Assembly: GCA_964016885.1 (NCBI GenBank) | Contig: OZ024741.1 | Location: 146,320,001 to 146,384,000 of the forward strand | Direction of reading: 5' to 3' | DNA length: 64,000 nucleotides | Source: Eledone cirrhosa | Lineage: Eukaryota | Shown: in pieces, positions 59,431-64,000 of the stretch | Position numbering within the stretch: the stretch's first letter is position 1 | Layout: each line of letters begins with the position of its first letter | Position numbers and translations under genes: made by a program | The notes under the pieces: generated by a model | The model's database searches: none | What the model was told of the DNA's origin: nothing | Seen by the model: only the letters and a program-made list of their open reading frames with translations

Positions 59431-61703
59431 GGGCATTTCTCTGTCTGTCTGTCTGTCTGTCTGTCTGTCCTTCCCTAAAACTCAAATGTAGGTGCTACAG
59501 AAATATTACCTTCCCCTTCCTTTCTCCACTTTGGTACTACCAAGAGAAACACTGTCGCTATAGAAACATTACCTTCCCCTCTCCACTGACTTTGGTCACT
59601 GAGGCCGAGGGAATCGCTGGTTGCTATAGAGACACCTTGCACAAGCCAGAAGTAACCAGTTCGAGGCGGTTCTGACTTGACACCATGCCAAGGGCCATTT
59701 GAAGATATATTTCCATCGTTATATCATAAGGTTTATGTATCATAACGTTTATATTTCCGTCACTAATCTCTTTTTCTTCTTTTTCGTTTTGACATATATT
59801 TATTTCAAAGATTTCACCGTATAGATAACATATATATTTATACATGCATAAAAGATACACCGGGAGACGGTGAACATGTGGTGCCGAAAACATTTCTCAT
59901 CCAAATCTCAACAATAACAGTATATACACTAGATTTGCTAGCAGAAACCGCCCACCGAGTGGTTTTCTGCTAGTCTATATATATAAAACTGATGTTGTCT
60001 GTCTACTAAAACCTTCGGCACACATCTCCTCTTAAACCGTACGTTCAAATTTCGGTGAAATTGCTACACTTATAGATGAAGGTCCGGCGGAGTCAACATT
60101 TTTCAAATCGACCCACGCCAAGTGTAAAAATCGAATTTGTAATCTCCTTATAATATATAACCAACAATTTCTCTGTCTGTCTGTCCGACAGTGAAAACAC
60201 GTGCGCGCGTGCGAATGTTTTTTGCGCACGCGTAGAGAGAGAGTGAGAGTGAAAGAAAGAGACAGACTACGAGAGGGGGATAGCGGGAGGGAGAGAGAAA
60301 GAGTGAATAGACGCTAAAACACGTGCGCGCGTGCGAATGTTTTTTGCGCACGCGTAGAGAGAGAGTGAGAGTGAAAGAAAGAGACAGACTACAAGAGGGG
60401 GATAGCGGAAGGGAGAGAGGGAGGAATTGAGGAGTGCTACAGAAACATATATACATTTCTCTGTGTGTGTAATATATATATATATACACACACAGAAATA
60501 TATACATATACACACAGAAATATATATATACATTTCTGTGTGTGTAATATATATATATATCTATACACACAAAAATATATATACATTTCTGTTTGTGTAA
60601 TATATATATACATATACACACAGAAATATATATACATTTCTGTGTGTAATATATATATATACTAGCAGAAAACCACCCGTGGGTGGTTTTCTGCTAGTCT
60701 ACTTATGTATATAACCAGCAATTTATCTGTCTGTCTGTCCGACAGTGGAAACACGTGCGTAGAGAGAGAGTGAGAGTGAAAGAAAGAGACAGACTACGAG
60801 AGGGGGGATAGCGGGAGGGAGAGAGGGAAAGAGAGAGAGTGAATAGACACTAAAACACGTGCTACAGAAATATTACCTTCCCCTCTCCACTGACTTTGGT
60901 CACTGAGGCCGAGGGAATCGCTGGTTGCTATAGAGACACCTTGCACAAGCAAGAAGTAACCAGTTCGAGGCGGTTCTGAATTGACACCATGCGAAGAAGG
61001 TTGCCATTGAATTTGTGGTTGTTGCTGCTGATAATAAGGACCATTTGAAGAAGGTTGCTGCTGATGAGGTAATTTATTAATCAGATTGCGCAGTTTCATA
61101 ACCTACGTTTGACTTGTTCAATTTTTTTTGTTTGTTTTTTTTATTTCTTATTGAAAAAATATAAATAATAAAATAAGGTTAGAAATTTAAATACGATTTA
61201 ATTTCCATTTTCAGCAGCCAATGTCCAGTGTTCAATTTCATGAAAAAATTAGAAATAATTCAAAAAATTGAACATTTGTTTTGACAATAAAAAAATATTT
61301 CCTTATTCACACCTAATGGTATGATTAAAATTTCATAGGAATATTTTTTTTCTAACCGCCAGTTATTTATTTTCTCCTTTTTCGTTTTAACTTATATTTA
61401 TTTCAAAGATTTCATCGTTTAGATAACATATATATTTATACATGCATAAAAGACACACCGAGAGACGGTGAACATGTGGTGCCGAAAACATTTCTCATCC
61501 AAATCTCAACAATATCAGTATATACACTAGATTTGCTAGCAGAAAACCGCCCACCGGGTGGTTTTCTGCTAGTCTACTTATATATATAACCAGCAATTTC
61601 TCTGTCTGTCTGTCCGACAGTGGAAACACGTGCGTAGAGAGAGAGTGAGAGTGAAAGAAAGAGACAGACTACGAGAGGGGGATAGCGGGTGGTTTTCTGC
61701 TAA

Positions 61704-64000
61704 TCTATATATATAAAACAGAAGATGTCTGTCTGTTTGTTTGTGTAACCGCATGCATTTTCTACATTTTACAACCGATTTGCGCCAAATTTCATACATA
61801 GATTTCTGAAGTCCTATTTTATTTTTCCGTACATCGATGGTGGAGCCCCCCCCCCCCCCCCAGTGGCAGGTAACCCACTTAAACCTCTCGTTTGGAGTCA
61901 GCAGTACTACTACTGCATAAAGGCCCCATCATTCCTGCAGTTTGCCTCCCATCTTCACCAAAATTAATCTTTTGTTTGCTTATGGCCTACAAATAAATTT
62001 GCAGGCATGCACTTGTGCAAACATTCAGGTAGGTGACCCCCTTGGGGGGCAGTAAACCGACTTGATGAATGTTGAAGTTGATATCATCAATGCAACAAAA
62101 CGTCATAACTGCTTCAGTTGGTGTTTGGTTTTCACGAAGCGAGACGTATTGCTTATCCATGGCTTATAAAGGAAGGTGAACACATGAACTTTTACTTGAA
62201 CTTATCAAGGGAACCCTGGGGGAGTAAGCCCTTCGACTTATCTATTGAAGTTCACATTAACACTGTATTAGTACCTGATAACTTTTGAAGTTTACGTTCG
62301 ATCTTCGTTTTCACTTTCAAAACAATAATTATCGTCGGATGAAATTTCAGAAATGTAAACATCTGATTCATTTAAAGATAAATCATTAATATTATCTTTT
62401 GCTTCTTGTTCATTCTGAATGTCGTGGTGTGTAAAAACTTCAAAGTTGGTATCACTACCTTCATAAGCCATGTTGATAAAAACAAAAAATGTGTCTTACT
62501 TTCAACTTTAAAAAATCACGTGTTGTTTTAAGTTGTTTCACTATATTAAGTGTTAATTTTTGCGGTAAGGACCTCGCAGTAATCTTGAATTGACAAGAAA
62601 GATATTTAGGTGTGGGTGTTACGGCCGGTTTGAATAAATGAAGGGGAAATAATTTTGGCCGGTTTGAACACTAAAGGGTTAAAGGAGGTTTAGTTAATGT
62701 TTATGGCTATAAGGTTCCAGTTAAGCATGCTGTGATTTTTCGGCCATTTTTGCCTGTATCCTTTCAATGGTTAGTACTTACTTATTGCTATGTTCGAACT
62801 GAACAAGCATACTGACACTTATATACCTACCACTGTAGCCACACTATTTAATTTCCTTTATCACAGGTAGTCCGTACGCTGCGTTGCCCCTAACTTAAAA
62901 CCTGAAATTTGACTGGTACACGAAATCTTGCAAAACATACCCCCTTTCTCAGACCACATAGATTTATTACATTTTTTCACAATTTATTTCCGTGTTTAGA
63001 TTTGCTTACTTAAACGTTATTTGTCCACTATTTATCGTTCTCCCTGATTAATTTTCTAAAAACAATGCCCCCCCCCCCCTCCTCCCGAAAAGAACTTTCA
63101 TTGGTCGATTATCTAATGATGCAAGTAGGTCTAAGCGAAGACGTCTCACCGAAGATGTAAATGCAACTGCGATCAGGCTCTTACAGAATGCCGTGCAGAT
63201 GGCAGCTGCAAGAGCGGAGGAGGATGACAGTCGGCATGAAGGACGACGGAACAAAAGTGCTCCTACTGCTGCTCGCGCACGAGAGGACGACGTGCCATTC
63301 GACGTAGCAGGGACGCCGCTGCAAAATTCGCTGCTCGCAGCTCGCGAGAAAATCCAAGATATAGTCTATAAGGAAGTTTTGTAGGCACCCCATCCGCCAA
63401 CAAGTAATCGCTGTATTTTTTTTTTTCGTATAAGTGCTTACATTTGCTGTATCCGTGTACTATTTTTGTCCCTTTGAAAATACCACGTACGCCTCTGAGG
63501 TTGCTTTTGCTATACGTTATAAATGTTCAATGTTTCCGTTTTCCGCTTTTATATGTTGTTATTACACTTTGCGATCGATGTTCCGTAGTTTGAACCTAAT
63601 TAATCTACTTTTCCCTACATCTTATTTACACATTTTTTTGACATTCCAGCGTTATCTTGCCAAGGCCGTTTTTGTGGCCACCGACTGTTACATACTTTTC
63701 TAGGTTACAATCTCAAATAACAAGCAAAGCAAATACAACACACCAAAGTGGTATGGAGGACTTCTTAAGGGCCACCACCTCTAATCGGAGTTGTCTTTGC
63801 TGACAGCTCTTCCGCTGAGACTTTTAAGAGTGAACGGTCCAAGGCTCTCTTTAGGGCCACCAACTTTAAATTGTTACCATCGGATTCGTCTTTGCTGGCA
63901 GCACCGCCACAGAGATATTTCAAAGTGAACGTTCAAAGGCCATCTTTAGGGCCAACACCTATAAATTGTTACCTCTATAGTCGTGTTTAACGGAAGTCTT
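61704..64000 (+). mobile_element. Internally deleted Helitron (5' end at 61704, runs off the window)
   Basis: A|TCTATATATATAAAA...GTCTGTCTG start; ORF remnant 63065-63384; ~90-bp tandem repeats 63763-64000. Confidence 0.55.
63065..63384 (+). pseudogene. Rep/helicase remnant: basic N-terminus fused to the helicase C-terminal IVYKEVL
   Basis: MP(P)n-frameshift-PKRTFIGRLSNDASRSKRRRLTE...AAARAEE...AARARE...DIVYKEVL*; Helitron RepHel proteins commonly end in N[IV]VYxE[VI]L. Confidence 0.5.

Larger units (their letters stand above)
58400..61703 (+). mobile_element. Cluster of non-autonomous Helitron-like elements
   Basis: 5' TC starts at 58400, 59974, 60143, 60698 and 61573 followed by TATATA-rich DNA and (TCTG)n; 3' ...GGTTTTCTGCTAG ends at 59973, 60697, 61572 (CTAA variant at 61703); duplicated internal blocks. 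Confidence 0.7.

Overview
AT-rich, repeat-dense eukaryotic DNA. The SINE/LINE families and the microsatellite load suggest a cephalopod such as an octopus (inference). It is probably intronic or intergenic: no intact host gene, rRNA, true tRNA or CRISPR array is visible, and there is one candidate 300-bp host exon (31335-31634, - strand). The window holds: (i) a near-full-length Tx1/L1-clade LINE plus two relatives; (ii) many Dong/R4-clade RLE LINE copies from at least three families, one near full length; (iii) RTE-clade LINEs with a PHD-like Cys/His finger right after YADD; (iv) two young tRNA-derived SINE families; (v) Penelope-like elements and non-coding derivatives carrying four different minimal hammerhead ribozymes plus a half hammerhead and perfect fold-back palindromes; (vi) a Helitron cluster, a Tc1/mariner-type MITE and a probable solo LTR. 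Best leads: an apparently (ATT/TAA)n-targeted Tx1 LINE whose 3' end matches the Nin-domain SINE (candidate LINE-SINE pair building multi-kb chains with Dong at single TAA tracts); a retrozyme-like ~400-bp hammerhead element; and loop-less palindromes centred on a hammerhead stem III. All family calls come from motif recognition by eye, without database searches, and repeat boundaries are approximate.
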